Shown: positions 26,920 through 36,903 of the stretch, piece by piece
Position numbering within the stretch: position 1 is the stretch's first letter
Layout of the letters: every line of letters begins with the position of its first letter
NCBI RefSeq assembly: GCF_017302985.1
Contig: NZ_JAFIMU010000011.1
Location: forward strand, 1 to 61,685
Source: Corallococcus macrosporus
GTDB lineage: Bacteria; Myxococcota; Myxococcia; Myxococcales; Myxococcaceae
Length of the DNA: 61,685 nucleotides
Direction of reading: 5' to 3'
Notes under the pieces: model-generated
What the model was told of the DNA's origin: nothing
The model's database searches: none
The model's input: the letters and a program-made list of their open reading frames with translations, nothing else
Translations under genes and position numbers: made by a program

Positions 26920-28141
26920 TAAACGACCGCGCATGAATCCCGATCGGCTCGGAGGGTAGGCAGGCGCTGGGAGCTGAAGGAAAGGGGCAGGAGCTCGCGC
27001 CGTTCGGCCTTGTGTGCGCAAGAACCGGATGAAGAAGCGAGCCCTGCCTCAGGGAAGGCAACAGCTGCGCCTGCGATGTCCTGACCGCAGGCGGCTGATT
27101 CGCTGGGGAGAGAGGACTGGCTGCCCGCTCACCCTGCGGCGGTGCCTGGCGGTAGCGAAGGTGGCCAGTGGTCAGTCACGGGCGCAAGCAGCGCGGCAGT
27201 TGCTGTGCGCCACGTCCACGGTGGTGTCCGCGGTTCAGCGCTTCCAGAAGTCAGGCCGAGAAGGCCTCTCGGACAGGCGCGCTCAGAATGGGCCACGCAA
27301 AGTGGACGAGCGATTTCGGCAGACGCTGCGCCGGGTGCTGGAAGGCACGCCGCAGCAGTCCGGTTGGCGGCGCACGACGTGGACGCGCGAGTTGCTGGTG
27401 CGTGAGGTGCAGAGGCGAGGCCGGGTACGCGTCTCGCCCGCGACGATGGGACGCGCCTTGGCCTCGGTGGGAGCCCACAGAAGGCGTCCGCGTCCCGTGG
27501 TGCGCTGCCCTTGGCCGGAGCGCCGACGTCGACGGCGCCTCTGGCAGCTGAAATGCCGTGCGGCCTTCGCCCGGCCCGACGAGCCCGTGCTTTTCGAGGA
27601 TGAAATGGACGTGCACCTCAACCCGAAAATCGGCCCCGACTGGACGTTGCCCGGACAGCGCAGAGAGGTCGTCACTCCCGGCAACAACCAGAAGCGTTTC
27701 GTGGCAGGGGCGCTGGATGCGAGCACGGCCCGGATGACTTGGGTGCAGGGGGAGAAGAAGACGAGTGCGCTCTTCATCGACCTGGTGCGCGCCGTGGACG
27801 CCGCCTATCCCAGAGCGAAGCGCCTACATTTCATCCTCGACAATGCCGCCACCCACTCCAGCAAAAAGACGCAGAAGGCGCTGGAGGCTCTGGGTGAGCG
27901 GCTGGTGCTGCACTTCCTGCCGCCGTACTGCCCGGAGGGCAACCGCATCGAGCGCGTGTGGTGGGACGTGCACGCCAACGTCACCCGCAACCATCGCTGC
28001 AAGAAGATGGAGGCGCTCATGACCGAGGTGGACGCCTACCTCGACGCACGGAACACCCAGAAGTCCGCCAGCCCCTTGCTGCGCGTCGCCTCCGCTCGAC
28101 GCGCAGCTTGAGACCGTTCGAGAATCACGATCGGTCGTTTA
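26920..28141 (+). mobile_element. IS630-family insertion sequence: 8-bp terminal inverted repeats AACGACCG, flanked by TA target-site duplication
   Basis: Left end 'cTAaacgaccg' at ~26919-26929; right end 'cggtcgttTAg' at ~28132-28142. Element about 1.2 kb. The TA dinucleotide on both sides is typical of Tc1/IS630 insertion. Confidence 0.75.
27014..28111 (+). CDS. IS630-family (DDE_3) transposase
   Basis: N-terminal HTH, then 'LFEDEMDVHLNP...HFILDNAATHSSKK...LHFLPPYCPEGNRIERVW', the DDE transposase of the IS630/Tc1 family. Stop TGA at 28109-28111. Confidence 0.85.
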   Translation: MRKNRMKKRALPQGRQQLRLRCPDRRRLIRWGERTGCPLTLRRCLAVAKVASGQSRAQAARQLLCATSTVVSAVQRFQKSGREGLSDRRAQNGPRKVDERFRQTLRRVLEGTPQQSGWRRTTWTRELLVREVQRRGRVRVSPATMGRALASVGAHRRRPRPVVRCPWPERRRRRRLWQLKCRAAFARPDEPVLFEDEMDVHLNPKIGPDWTLPGQRREVVTPGNNQKRFVAGALDASTARMTWVQGEKKTSALFIDLVRAVDAAYPRAKRLHFILDNAATHSSKKTQKALEALGERLVLHFLPPYCPEGNRIERVWWDVHANVTRNHRCKKMEALMTEVDAYLDARNTQKSASPLLRVASARRAA

Positions 28142-28173
28142 GCGCGGAGGCGAGCGCCGTGGGGCGCGGCCTG

Positions 28174-29199
28174 CTACGTGGGAGTGGCCGGGATGACTCC
28201 CTCGCGGTTGTCTTTGAGGAGCTGGGTGATGCGGACCTTCGCCTGGGGTCCCAGCGTGGGATTGAACATCAACGACGGCAGATAGAAGCGGTAGGTGCCG
28301 CCGTCCTGCCAGCGGTCCGTGTTCCAGACCTTGTCACAGCGAATCGACGCCAGCACATCCTCCGGGGCCACCTCCTCACAGGCCACCTCCCGCGCCGCGA
28401 GTGGCCACGCGACCTGGTCCTCGTGTGAATCGAAGATGGGCGGGTAGTACTTTCGCAGCAGCTCCACCTCCGCACGCTGCTGCTCGTACGTGTTGAAGCC
28501 CTCGCGGAGGAAGCACACGAAGACGTAGGTCTTCGTCACGGCCGTGTCGTTCGGGAAGATGGTGGCCCCGGTCACCCGCGCCGAGAAGCAGTGCGCGGAC
28601 TCCGGGAAGATGTCGCCGACCTTGGGAAAGGCCTCCTGGTCCAGGGTCATCCCGATATACGAGTTGGTGCGGTACTGAATCGTCCATGGCTTGCCGCCAT
28701 CGTCATCATTCTTCCGCACGGGAAAGCCCTTCTTGAAGATCTTCAAGCAGGTCAGCGGGCTGGGCAGGTTGAGTCCGCGAAACGCCAACATGTTCAGCGG
28801 GCCCTGCCGGTACGTCACATCGGTATAGGCAAACGAGGGCTCGAACCCGATCTCCGCGGTCCAGAGGAAGTACGCATCGCACCTGTCGCACGAATACATG
28901 GATGCGTTCGTGTTGAAGATGCCGTCCGCTCCCTGCCGCGTTACGTCATCCGAACGGCAATTGAGCAGCGGACACCGGGGCTTGAAGACCATCGTCTGCT
29001 TGCTCTTCTCCATCGCCACGACCTGCTGCGCCTGGGTCAGCGCTCCGAGCACCGGGGCGGAGTGACGCCGCTCCAGTCGCGGTGGGCCGGGCTGCCGGTT
29101 GACCTCCTCGTTGAGGAGCTTCTGGCAGTAGCGACAGGACGTGGCGCGCCCTTCGGACATGAAGGTCTTCATGCAGCCGTAGCACTTGTAGAACGGCAT
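28174..29199 (-). CDS. Hypothetical protein with N-terminal zinc-ribbon (CxxC...CxxC)
   Basis: 'MPFYKCYGCMKTFMSEGRATSCRYCQKL' is a Cys4 ribbon. Host-like GC-rich third positions despite lower overall GC. No other recognizable domain. Confidence 0.5.
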   Translation of the reverse strand: MPFYKCYGCMKTFMSEGRATSCRYCQKLLNEEVNRQPGPPRLERRHSAPVLGALTQAQQVVAMEKSKQTMVFKPRCPLLNCRSDDVTRQGADGIFNTNASMYSCDRCDAYFLWTAEIGFEPSFAYTDVTYRQGPLNMLAFRGLNLPSPLTCLKIFKKGFPVRKNDDDGGKPWTIQYRTNSYIGMTLDQEAFPKVGDIFPESAHCFSARVTGATIFPNDTAVTKTYVFVCFLREGFNTYEQQRAEVELLRKYYPPIFDSHEDQVAWPLAAREVACEEVAPEDVLASIRCDKVWNTDRWQDGGTYRFYLPSLMFNPTLGPQAKVRITQLLKDNREGVIPATPT

Positions 29200-29448
29200 C
29201 GACGCACCTCGCCCACGGGAGCAGCGCCGGCCCTTGGCGCGTGGAGACCCGCCTCACGCCAGTAGCAATTCAGGAGCCACGCGCAGGAGCCCGGCGTCCA
29301 CCACGAACCCCTCTCGCGAGACACCCGGAACGCGTCCGCACAAGACGCGCCCGCGTTGCCCAGGGACGCGAAGGGGCCGCGCACACCGCACCGCAGCGGA
29401 TGCGCCCCAGGGCATGCCGGCGCTCATTGCGGTGCGCGGTGATACCGC

Positions 29449-31752
29449 TCAGTCGACGGTCAACAGCACGAACTTGTTGTTGATGTCCCGGTCCACGGGC
29501 GTCACCACGTGGTCCGGCCCCACCGCGTCGCGCACCAGGTTGAGCCGGTTGTGCTCCACCAGCACCCATACCCGGCCCGGCCGCGCCGCCAGGTTGCGCA
29601 TTCGCGTGCTGGCGTCGCGGGCGCGGAACTGCTCCACCGTGTTCTGCGAGTAGAACGTCTCACCGCGCCAGTTCATCATGTACGCGACGATGGGCTCGTC
29701 CGCCTTGCGCTGCTCGTAGTAGCGCCAGAAGAGGTCACGCTGCGTCCAGTGGTGGGCCAGGTCCACCCAGTGGCTCCAGTTGAACCAGAGGGCCACGCCC
29801 GCGGCGAGCACCCAGAACGTACCGAACAGCATCACCCGCGCGCGCCTGAGGGCCGCCACCACCGCCAGCGCCCCGGCCACCGCGAAGGTGAAGCCCAGCG
29901 TCCTTTTGATGTTGACGGGCTCGGTCAGCGCCTTGAGCAGCGAGTCCTCCGCCACCGGCTGGCGGAAGCCCCTCACCGCGAGCGCAACGCCCACCACCGC
30001 GATGAGGCCCGCCACCGTCCGCAGTGACAAGCGACCCTCCGCGCCCGGGCGAGAGGACTGCCAGCCCAGGAAGCCGGCCACCGCCAGGAACGCCAGCCCC
30101 AGCAGCGCCTCCGCGGACACCTGCGCCCGCGACGCCACCGCGCCCAGCGTGGCCGCACCGGACAACAACAACAGCAGTGCCACCGCGCGCGCGCCCGGCG
30201 AAGCTTTCTCCTTCGCGCGGGAGGCGAACGCGTCGAACGCGAGGTACACGCCGAAGGCCAGCAGCACCAGCGTCACCAGGTCACCCGCCCACAGCGGGCG
30301 AGCGGCGAAGAAGGCGATGGGCTTCGTTACCAGGTCCTGCGGATACGGCCGGTCGTAGTTGAAGACAAACAGGTCGGTGAAGTTCTTCGGGTTCTCCGCC
30401 AGGTCCTTGCCCACGAGGATGAAGAGCATGAGCCCGAAGATGAGGCTCACCGCGTGCGCGGAGATGCCCTCCTCCCACAGCCGGTCCGCGAAGAGGGCCA
30501 GCAGGATGGCCAGGCCCGGCAGCACGGGGAAGACGTAGTGGTGGAACTTCGTGGCGCTGGAGGACAGCAGCCAGAACGCGAAGGCCACCCACAGCACGGC
30601 GATGAGGGCCAGGTGGTCCGCCTTGCTCGCCGAGCGCAGGCGCAGCCGCGACACGACGGCGAAGGCGCCGGGCAGCAGCGCCACCCAGGGGAAGATGGCG
30701 AAGCCGCCCTGCTCGATGAAGTAGATGAAGGTGCCGCCCGGCGTGGTCGTGTAGACGCCCGCCGTGAGGCGGTTCAGGTGGTCGTGGATGAAGAAGCGGT
30801 ACCAGAAGAGCTTGCCCTCATCGTCCACCTCCTTGAAGAGGGACAGGGTGAGGTACCAGGGCACCGCCACCGCGAGGAACACGAGGATGCCCGTGCCCAG
30901 GTGCATCCGGAACATCTGCCCCCACAGCACGGGCATGGGCAGCCGACCCTCGCGCACGTCCTTTCGGAAATCCTTGTCCGACAGCCAGCGCAGGTGCCGC
31001 TCCACGCTGCCGCCGTCCCAGGGGATGACGGCCAGCGCCGCGTACAGCACCAGGATGACGGCGGGCAGGCCCACGCCGAGCAGGCCCTTGGCCAGCGTGG
31101 CCAGGCCGGCGAAGAAGTAGAAGCCGTACCACCACGCGGCGCGGTGCTTCGTCGTCTCATCCAGCTGACCGATGAGCGCGCACGCCATGGCGCAGATGAA
31201 GGTCGTGACGAAGGGCGTGTCCGTCACCGTCTGCCGCGTGAGCAGGAAGTACAGCGGCATGGTGGCCAGGATGAAGCCCGTGGCCAGGCCCGCGCGGTGG
31301 CTCACCACGCGCGCCACCGCGAGCGAGAGGAGCGCCACCGCGGTGATGCTGAGGAGGGCGAAGGGGATGCGCATGCCCCACTCGGTGTAGAGGGCCACCG
31401 CGCCGCTGCCGCGCACGGTGCCCACCACCTGCATGCCCAGCGCCTGCATCCACATGGTGAGCGGAGGCTTGGAGAAGAAGTGGGCGCCTTCCCAGAAGGG
31501 ATACACGTAGTCGCGGCGCTCGATCATCATCCGAGCCACCTCGCCGTAGTGCGTCTCCCAGCAGTCCCACAGCCCCACCGCGCCCAGATACGGGAGGAAC
31601 AGGAGGGCCGCGAAGCCGGCGGTGGCCACCACGACACGCGTACTGAAAGGCAGCCGAAGCCACCGCTTCATCCAGGTCGTGGAGAGGGTTTCCTTGCCGA
31701 GAATGGCCTCGGTGAAGGTCTGCTCCGGCTGCTGTTTCCCTTCGCTCGCCAC
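29449..31752 (-). CDS. GT39/GT83-type membrane glycosyltransferase (PMT/ArnT-like)
   Basis: Multi-TM protein. N-terminal 'YVYPFWEGAHFFSKPPL' loop motif is typical of the PMT_2/ArnT family. Confidence 0.75.
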   Translation of the reverse strand: MASEGKQQPEQTFTEAILGKETLSTTWMKRWLRLPFSTRVVVATAGFAALLFLPYLGAVGLWDCWETHYGEVARMMIERRDYVYPFWEGAHFFSKPPLTMWMQALGMQVVGTVRGSGAVALYTEWGMRIPFALLSITAVALLSLAVARVVSHRAGLATGFILATMPLYFLLTRQTVTDTPFVTTFICAMACALIGQLDETTKHRAAWWYGFYFFAGLATLAKGLLGVGLPAVILVLYAALAVIPWDGGSVERHLRWLSDKDFRKDVREGRLPMPVLWGQMFRMHLGTGILVFLAVAVPWYLTLSLFKEVDDEGKLFWYRFFIHDHLNRLTAGVYTTTPGGTFIYFIEQGGFAIFPWVALLPGAFAVVSRLRLRSASKADHLALIAVLWVAFAFWLLSSSATKFHHYVFPVLPGLAILLALFADRLWEEGISAHAVSLIFGLMLFILVGKDLAENPKNFTDLFVFNYDRPYPQDLVTKPIAFFAARPLWAGDLVTLVLLAFGVYLAFDAFASRAKEKASPGARAVALLLLLSGAATLGAVASRAQVSAEALLGLAFLAVAGFLGWQSSRPGAEGRLSLRTVAGLIAVVGVALAVRGFRQPVAEDSLLKALTEPVNIKRTLGFTFAVAGALAVVAALRRARVMLFGTFWVLAAGVALWFNWSHWVDLAHHWTQRDLFWRYYEQRKADEPIVAYMMNWRGETFYSQNTVEQFRARDASTRMRNLAARPGRVWVLVEHNRLNLVRDAVGPDHVVTPVDRDINNKFVLLTVD

Positions 31753-31813
31753 GGACTGAAGCTCCTTGAGTCGTTTCGGCCGGGTGGACCGTGCAGGTCA
31801 CCGTATCCCAGAC

Positions 31814-34501
31814 TCACCGGGTGCGGAGGAATGCCTTGACGCTCGGGGCCTGGACCTCCTGGGCCTTGATGCACAGACGGATGGACTCCAGGGCCCGGGC
31901 GAGTGCTCGCGGACCGCCTTCAATCTTGCCCACGCGGGGCGAGAGGAACGTCTCCACCTGCGCCAGATCCATCTCGTTGCAGAGGTTCCCTGTCTGTCCA
32001 ATCAGCCGTCCCAGCTCATCCGAGCGCAGCCGCTGGCTCAGTGCATCGAAGTGCGTCTGGTAGAAGTTCCACGCCAGGGACTGCGACTCCGGCGACATCA
32101 GCGCCATGCCGAGGATGACCTGCGAATCGCGCACATCGAAGTCCGGTGAGACCACGACGCCCAGCGCCCGCCACAGCAGGTCCGGGTTCCGGAAGTACGC
32201 CAGCGACGACAGCAGCCGGGAACGCTCGCTGCGGTCCTGCTCCTGCTTCGCCGCCTCCAGCAGCGCGTCGAACAGCGCCGCGTCGCCATGCGTCGCCGCC
32301 CGGGGCAGCGCGCTGCCAAACGCCTCCGGATCCACCGACTTCCGATCCGCCAGCCACGCGCGCACCAGGGGCAGCGCTTCCTTCACCAGTTGCGGATCAT
32401 CCCCGGTCCCACCGGCCAGCCGGAGGAACAGCGAGCGCGACTCCTTCACCGAGTCGTCCTCGCCCGGCTTCGGCACCCAGCCCATCGCCCTTGCGCGTGC
32501 GGAGTAGAGCGACGCCACCCACGCGCGGAAGCGCTTGCGCTCCTCCTGCGTGAGCTGATCCACGCGCACCTGCCCGAGCAGCGAGGCGCCGCTCTGCACC
32601 ACGAGCCGGTTCGCCGACTTCGCCGAGGCCGGCACCGCCTTCAAGGCCTCCCCCAGCGGCAGGTCTCCGCGCGACACCGCCGCGTCCACGTCCGCCCAGA
32701 GGGCCACCTGCTCCGCCGGGGTGAAGGCTGCGACCGGTGTTGCGAGCAGCTTCGTCAGTTGCTCGCGCGTGTAACCGCCGCGGTAGTAGCCCGTGCCGCC
32801 CGCGTTGAGCAGCACCCACGCCGGGCACTGCTTCGTGGGCAGCGCCACCTCCGCCGACGGCCCCTGCAACATCGAGCACACCCGCGACGACTGCGTCCCC
32901 GTCCCTACGCGCAGACACACGGGCACCTGCCACTCCTGCTTCGCGTCCGCCTTGGACCCCACGGGCAGGTAGCGCTCCTGTGACAGCTTCACCGCCGGCG
33001 CGCCGCCCGCCGGGCACGACACCTGGGCGGTGATGCGCGGCGCCCCCTTCTGCACGATGAACCCGCCGAAGGACCGCGCCACCTCCGGCCCCGCCGCCTG
33101 GGACAGGTCCGCGAGGAAGTCCTCCATCGTCGCGACCTTCCAGGCGTGCTTGCGGATGTAGCCCCGGATCACGTCGCGGAAGCGCTCCGGCCCCAGCCAG
33201 GCCTCGTACATGGCGATGACGGACGAGCCCTTGTCATACGTGGTCCCGTTGTCGAACGAGCCCACGATGTCGTCATTGCTCTCCACCGGCTTGCGCACGG
33301 GCAGCGCGGCCTCCAGCGCATCCGACTCCAGCGCGGACCGCGTCGCGGACATGGCGCGCTCCTGCTGGTAGTCCCAGGACGGCTCCAGCCGGTCCACCGT
33401 CTGCCGGTCCAGCCACGCGGTGAAGGACTCATTCAGCCAGATGTCGTTCCACCACAAGCAGGTGACGACGTCGCCGAACCAGTAGTGGCCCAGCTCATGG
33501 TTGGCGATGACCGCGTAGGACTTGCGGCGGACCAGCGTCTCCTCTTCGGGCCGGATGAGCGTGAGCGGCTGCCCGAGCGCGACGATGCCCGGGTGCTCCA
33601 TGGTGCCCCAGTACCGGGGCACCACGGCCACATCCAGCTTCTCGTACGGATACGGCTGGTCGAAGAAGTCCTCCAGGCCCTTCACGATGCGAGGCGTGAT
33701 GCTCGCGGCGTAGCGCGTCTCCGCGCCCCGGCCCTTCGGGACGATGAAGCGCAGCGGCACGTTCGTGCGGCCCACGGTGCCCGCCTCCACCACGTCGAAC
33801 GGCCCCACCATGAAGGCCACGAGGTAGCTGGGCATCGGCTTGCTCTCCGCGAACGTGACGCGCTCCAGCCCGTCCGCCAGCGGTTCGCGCGACACGACGG
33901 GATGGTTGGCCAGCGCCACGTGTCCGGCCTTCACGGTGAAGCGCAGGCGCCACGGCACCTTGAAGGTCGGCTCATCGAAGCACGGGAAGGCACGGCGCGC
34001 GTCGATGGGCTCGAAGAACGTGTAGAGGTAGGGCTCACCACCCTCGGTGACGCCATAGAGGCCCTGGCTGCGCTCGCGGTCCACCTTGCCGGTGAAGTCC
34101 AGCAGGAGCTGTGCCTTGCCGACGGGCAGTTCCTCCGGCAGCAGCAATCCCAGACGTCCCTCGTTCGCGGTGACGGGCTTCGCGTCGAACGTGCGGCCAT
34201 TCACGGTGACGCGCGCCCGGGTGACGTCCACGTCCTGCGCGTGCAGCCACACCTGTCGCACCGGCTCACGGACCTCCACGTCGATGGTGACGCTGCCGGG
34301 ATACGTGTCCTCCGATGGCACGAGCTTCAGGTCCAGCGCGTAGTGCACGGGCCGCACGGTGTCCGGCAGCCGCAGCGCGGGAGGCAGGGCCTCCGGCCAC
34401 GACACGGCGGCGGACGGCGCGGGAGCCGGCGGGGCGGCCTCCGGCGCGTGCGCACAGCGGACGGTCAACACCACCAGGACAAGGAGTGGGATCAGTCGCA
34501 T
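31814..34501 (-). CDS. M1-family zinc aminopeptidase (aminopeptidase N-like), secreted
   Basis: 'HELGHYWFGD' (HExxH) and 'WLNESFTAW' (glutamate zinc ligand), with GAMEN-like context. Start taken at the ATG at 34501 (MRLIPLLVLVVLTV signal peptide) rather than the ORF start at 34603. Confidence 0.9.
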   Translation of the reverse strand: MRLIPLLVLVVLTVRCAHAPEAAPPAPAPSAAVSWPEALPPALRLPDTVRPVHYALDLKLVPSEDTYPGSVTIDVEVREPVRQVWLHAQDVDVTRARVTVNGRTFDAKPVTANEGRLGLLLPEELPVGKAQLLLDFTGKVDRERSQGLYGVTEGGEPYLYTFFEPIDARRAFPCFDEPTFKVPWRLRFTVKAGHVALANHPVVSREPLADGLERVTFAESKPMPSYLVAFMVGPFDVVEAGTVGRTNVPLRFIVPKGRGAETRYAASITPRIVKGLEDFFDQPYPYEKLDVAVVPRYWGTMEHPGIVALGQPLTLIRPEEETLVRRKSYAVIANHELGHYWFGDVVTCLWWNDIWLNESFTAWLDRQTVDRLEPSWDYQQERAMSATRSALESDALEAALPVRKPVESNDDIVGSFDNGTTYDKGSSVIAMYEAWLGPERFRDVIRGYIRKHAWKVATMEDFLADLSQAAGPEVARSFGGFIVQKGAPRITAQVSCPAGGAPAVKLSQERYLPVGSKADAKQEWQVPVCLRVGTGTQSSRVCSMLQGPSAEVALPTKQCPAWVLLNAGGTGYYRGGYTREQLTKLLATPVAAFTPAEQVALWADVDAAVSRGDLPLGEALKAVPASAKSANRLVVQSGASLLGQVRVDQLTQEERKRFRAWVASLYSARARAMGWVPKPGEDDSVKESRSLFLRLAGGTGDDPQLVKEALPLVRAWLADRKSVDPEAFGSALPRAATHGDAALFDALLEAAKQEQDRSERSRLLSSLAYFRNPDLLWRALGVVVSPDFDVRDSQVILGMALMSPESQSLAWNFYQTHFDALSQRLRSDELGRLIGQTGNLCNEMDLAQVETFLSPRVGKIEGGPRALARALESIRLCIKAQEVQAPSVKAFLRTR

Positions 34502-34552
34502 GGGGGCGCAGCCTAGACCAGGGGGATGCCGCGTGAGGTACTGTGTGCCCTG

Positions 34553-34846
34553 ATGGCGGAAAGCCGGAACCCAACCTCCATGCCCCTGGGAAGTCCACGA
34601 CACGAGAGCCTTCTGCGCGACGTCGCAGTTCGTCTCGAAGCGCTGAAACCTCGCCTTGCCTCGGCGCGGCTGACGCCCCAGATCCAGGGCCTTCTAGCCG
34701 CGATTTCACGGCACGTCACGGCGGCGAACGAGTATCTGCTCGGTGCACGTCGCGGCATGTCGCTTCCACGGATGGATGTGGAGATGCACCTGGAGCAGGC
34801 GCTCGCGCGTTGCAAGGAACTCGAGGCAGCGCTGAATCGAATGTAA
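34553..34846 (+). CDS. Hypothetical small alpha-helical protein; doubtful
   Basis: ORF inside a 545-bp intergenic region. Many A/T-ending codons, atypical for this genome. No homology recognized. Confidence 0.25.
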   Translation: MAESRNPTSMPLGSPRHESLLRDVAVRLEALKPRLASARLTPQIQGLLAAISRHVTAANEYLLGARRGMSLPRMDVEMHLEQALARCKELEAALNRM

Positions 34847-35046
34847 CGGGCGCGCTGTCCCGGGAACCGCGACGGTCCCAGCTCCCCCCGTTTCAGCGAC
34901 AAGCCGAGGGAAAACTCGTTTCGTTGCAGCCCAGGCCTGCCTCCTTACGCAGTAACCGACAGTCGGGGCCGGGGGCTCTCACGGGTCCCCGCGTCCCGCG
35001 TGTCTTCCAGATGCACGCGGCGGTGGACTGGGCAAGGATGCGCCCC

Positions 35047-35868
35047 ATGTCCAACCTCCAAGGCAAGACCCTCTTCATCACCGGCGCCAGCCGCGGCATC
35101 GGCAAGGCCATCGCGCTGCGCGCCGCCCGTGACGGCGCCAACATCGTCATCGCGGCGAAGACGACCGACCCGCACCCCAAGCTGCCCGGGACCATCTACT
35201 CGGCGGCGAAGGAGATTGAAGAGGCCGGTGGCAAGGCCCTCCCCTGCGTGGTGGACATCCGCGACGAGGCGCAGATCCACGCCGCCGTCGCCAAGGCCGT
35301 GGAGACCTTCGGCGGCATCGACATCCTGGTGAACAACGCCAGCGCCATCAGCCTCACCGGCACGCTGGAGACGCCGCTCAAGCGCTTCGACCTCATGCAC
35401 GGCATCAACACGCGCGGCACCTTCGCGTGCTCGCAGGCGTGCATCCCGTACCTCAAGAAGTCCTCCAACCCCCACATCCTCAACAACTCGCCGCCGCTCA
35501 ACATGGAGCCGCGCTGGTTCGGCCCCCACGTGGCCTACACCATTGCGAAGTACGGCATGAGCCTGTGCGCCCTGGGCATGGCCGAGGAACTCAAGGACGA
35601 CGGCATCGCCGTCAACACGCTGTGGCCCCGCACCGTCATCGCCACCGCCGCCGTGCAGAACCTGCTGGGCGGTGACGACACCATCAAGGGCAGCCGCACC
35701 CCGGAGATCATGGCGGACGCCGCGTACGCCATCCTCACCAAGCCCAGCCGCTCCTTCACCGGCAACTTCTGCATCGACGACGAGGTGCTGCGCGCCGCGG
35801 GCGTCACCAACTTCGACAAGTACCAGTCCGTGCCCGGCGCGGAGCTGCTGCCCGACTTCTTCCTCTAA
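35047..35868 (+). CDS. SDR-family oxidoreductase (HSDL2-like short-chain dehydrogenase)
   Basis: 'GKTLFITGASRGIGKAIA' (TGxxxGxG), 'NNAS' and 'YTIAKYG' (YxxxK). An upstream in-frame ATG at 35011 is an alternative start. Confidence 0.85.
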   Translation: MSNLQGKTLFITGASRGIGKAIALRAARDGANIVIAAKTTDPHPKLPGTIYSAAKEIEEAGGKALPCVVDIRDEAQIHAAVAKAVETFGGIDILVNNASAISLTGTLETPLKRFDLMHGINTRGTFACSQACIPYLKKSSNPHILNNSPPLNMEPRWFGPHVAYTIAKYGMSLCALGMAEELKDDGIAVNTLWPRTVIATAAVQNLLGGDDTIKGSRTPEIMADAAYAILTKPSRSFTGNFCIDDEVLRAAGVTNFDKYQSVPGAELLPDFFL

Positions 35869-35890
35869 GGACGTCCGGCCTGAAGGCCCC

Positions 35891-36811
35891 ATGCCCCCGC
35901 GCAAGCTCCAGCGACACCTGGTCTGGCTCGAGTCCTTCACCGCCGCCGTGGAGGCCGGCAGCATCGACGCCGCCGCGGAGCACCTGGGCGTCGCTCGCTC
36001 CGTCGTGAGCGAGCACATCCGCGCCCTGGAGGAAGTGCTCGCGGATGGCGCCGCCCTGCTGGAGCGGGGGCCGGGCCGGCGCCTCCAGTTGTCCGCGCGC
36101 GGCGAGCGCCTCTACGCGGGCACCCAGACGCCGCTGCACCAACTGGACGTGAAGCGGCTGATGGACCTGGCCCGCGTGGAGCCCACCCTGCGCCTGGGCC
36201 TCAACCCCACCCTCTCCATGTCGCTGCTGGGCGGCATCGCGCATGACGCCGCCGCCACCGACCTCAAGCTGGTGGTGGGCTTCGGCGGCTCGCATGAGCT
36301 CATGCGGCAGGTGCAGACGCGGCAGCAGGACCTGGTGCTCGACTTCACCCCCCTGCCCCCGCATGAGGGCGTGGACACCGAGTCCCTGCTGCGCATGTCC
36401 TTCGTCGTCATCGCCGGCCCTGACTCCGCGCTCGCGAAGGCGCACGCGTCCCGCCGCTCCCTGGACGTGAAGGACCTCGACGGCCAGCGCTTCGTGGACT
36501 GGCTGCGGGACGACCCCTACGGCGGCGCCAACAGCGCACGCTTCGCCGCCCACGGCGTCTCCGTCACGGAGGTCGGCCGCGTGGAGAGCTTCCTCCACCT
36601 CTATGAGCTGCTGCGCGCCTACAAGGCCTGCACCATCGCCCCCGACGTGCGCCCCACCCAGCCCTTCCCGCCCGACCTCCACGTCTGGCCCCTGCGCGAA
36701 CAGGAGCCCCAGGTCGTGGAAGTGGTGGCCCTGTGGCCCTCCGGCGGCCTCAGCCCCGGCGGCCAGAGCATCCTTGACGGGCTGCGTCGTCGGCTGAACA
36801 AGCGACGATAA
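35891..36811 (+). CDS. LysR-family transcriptional regulator
   Basis: N-terminal HTH 'LESFTAAVEAGSIDAAAEHLGVARSVVSEHIRALEEVL' plus a LysR substrate-binding domain. Confidence 0.8.
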   Translation: MPPRKLQRHLVWLESFTAAVEAGSIDAAAEHLGVARSVVSEHIRALEEVLADGAALLERGPGRRLQLSARGERLYAGTQTPLHQLDVKRLMDLARVEPTLRLGLNPTLSMSLLGGIAHDAAATDLKLVVGFGGSHELMRQVQTRQQDLVLDFTPLPPHEGVDTESLLRMSFVVIAGPDSALAKAHASRRSLDVKDLDGQRFVDWLRDDPYGGANSARFAAHGVSVTEVGRVESFLHLYELLRAYKACTIAPDVRPTQPFPPDLHVWPLREQEPQVVEVVALWPSGGLSPGGQSILDGLRRRLNKRR

Positions 36812-36903
36812 TCCGACGAAGACGTCGATTTCTGCCGGATTTCCGTCTTCCAGTGCGATGCGTATTCTTCAGGAGTCCTGTTTCTCTTGAAGGAGCCGCC
36901 CCG

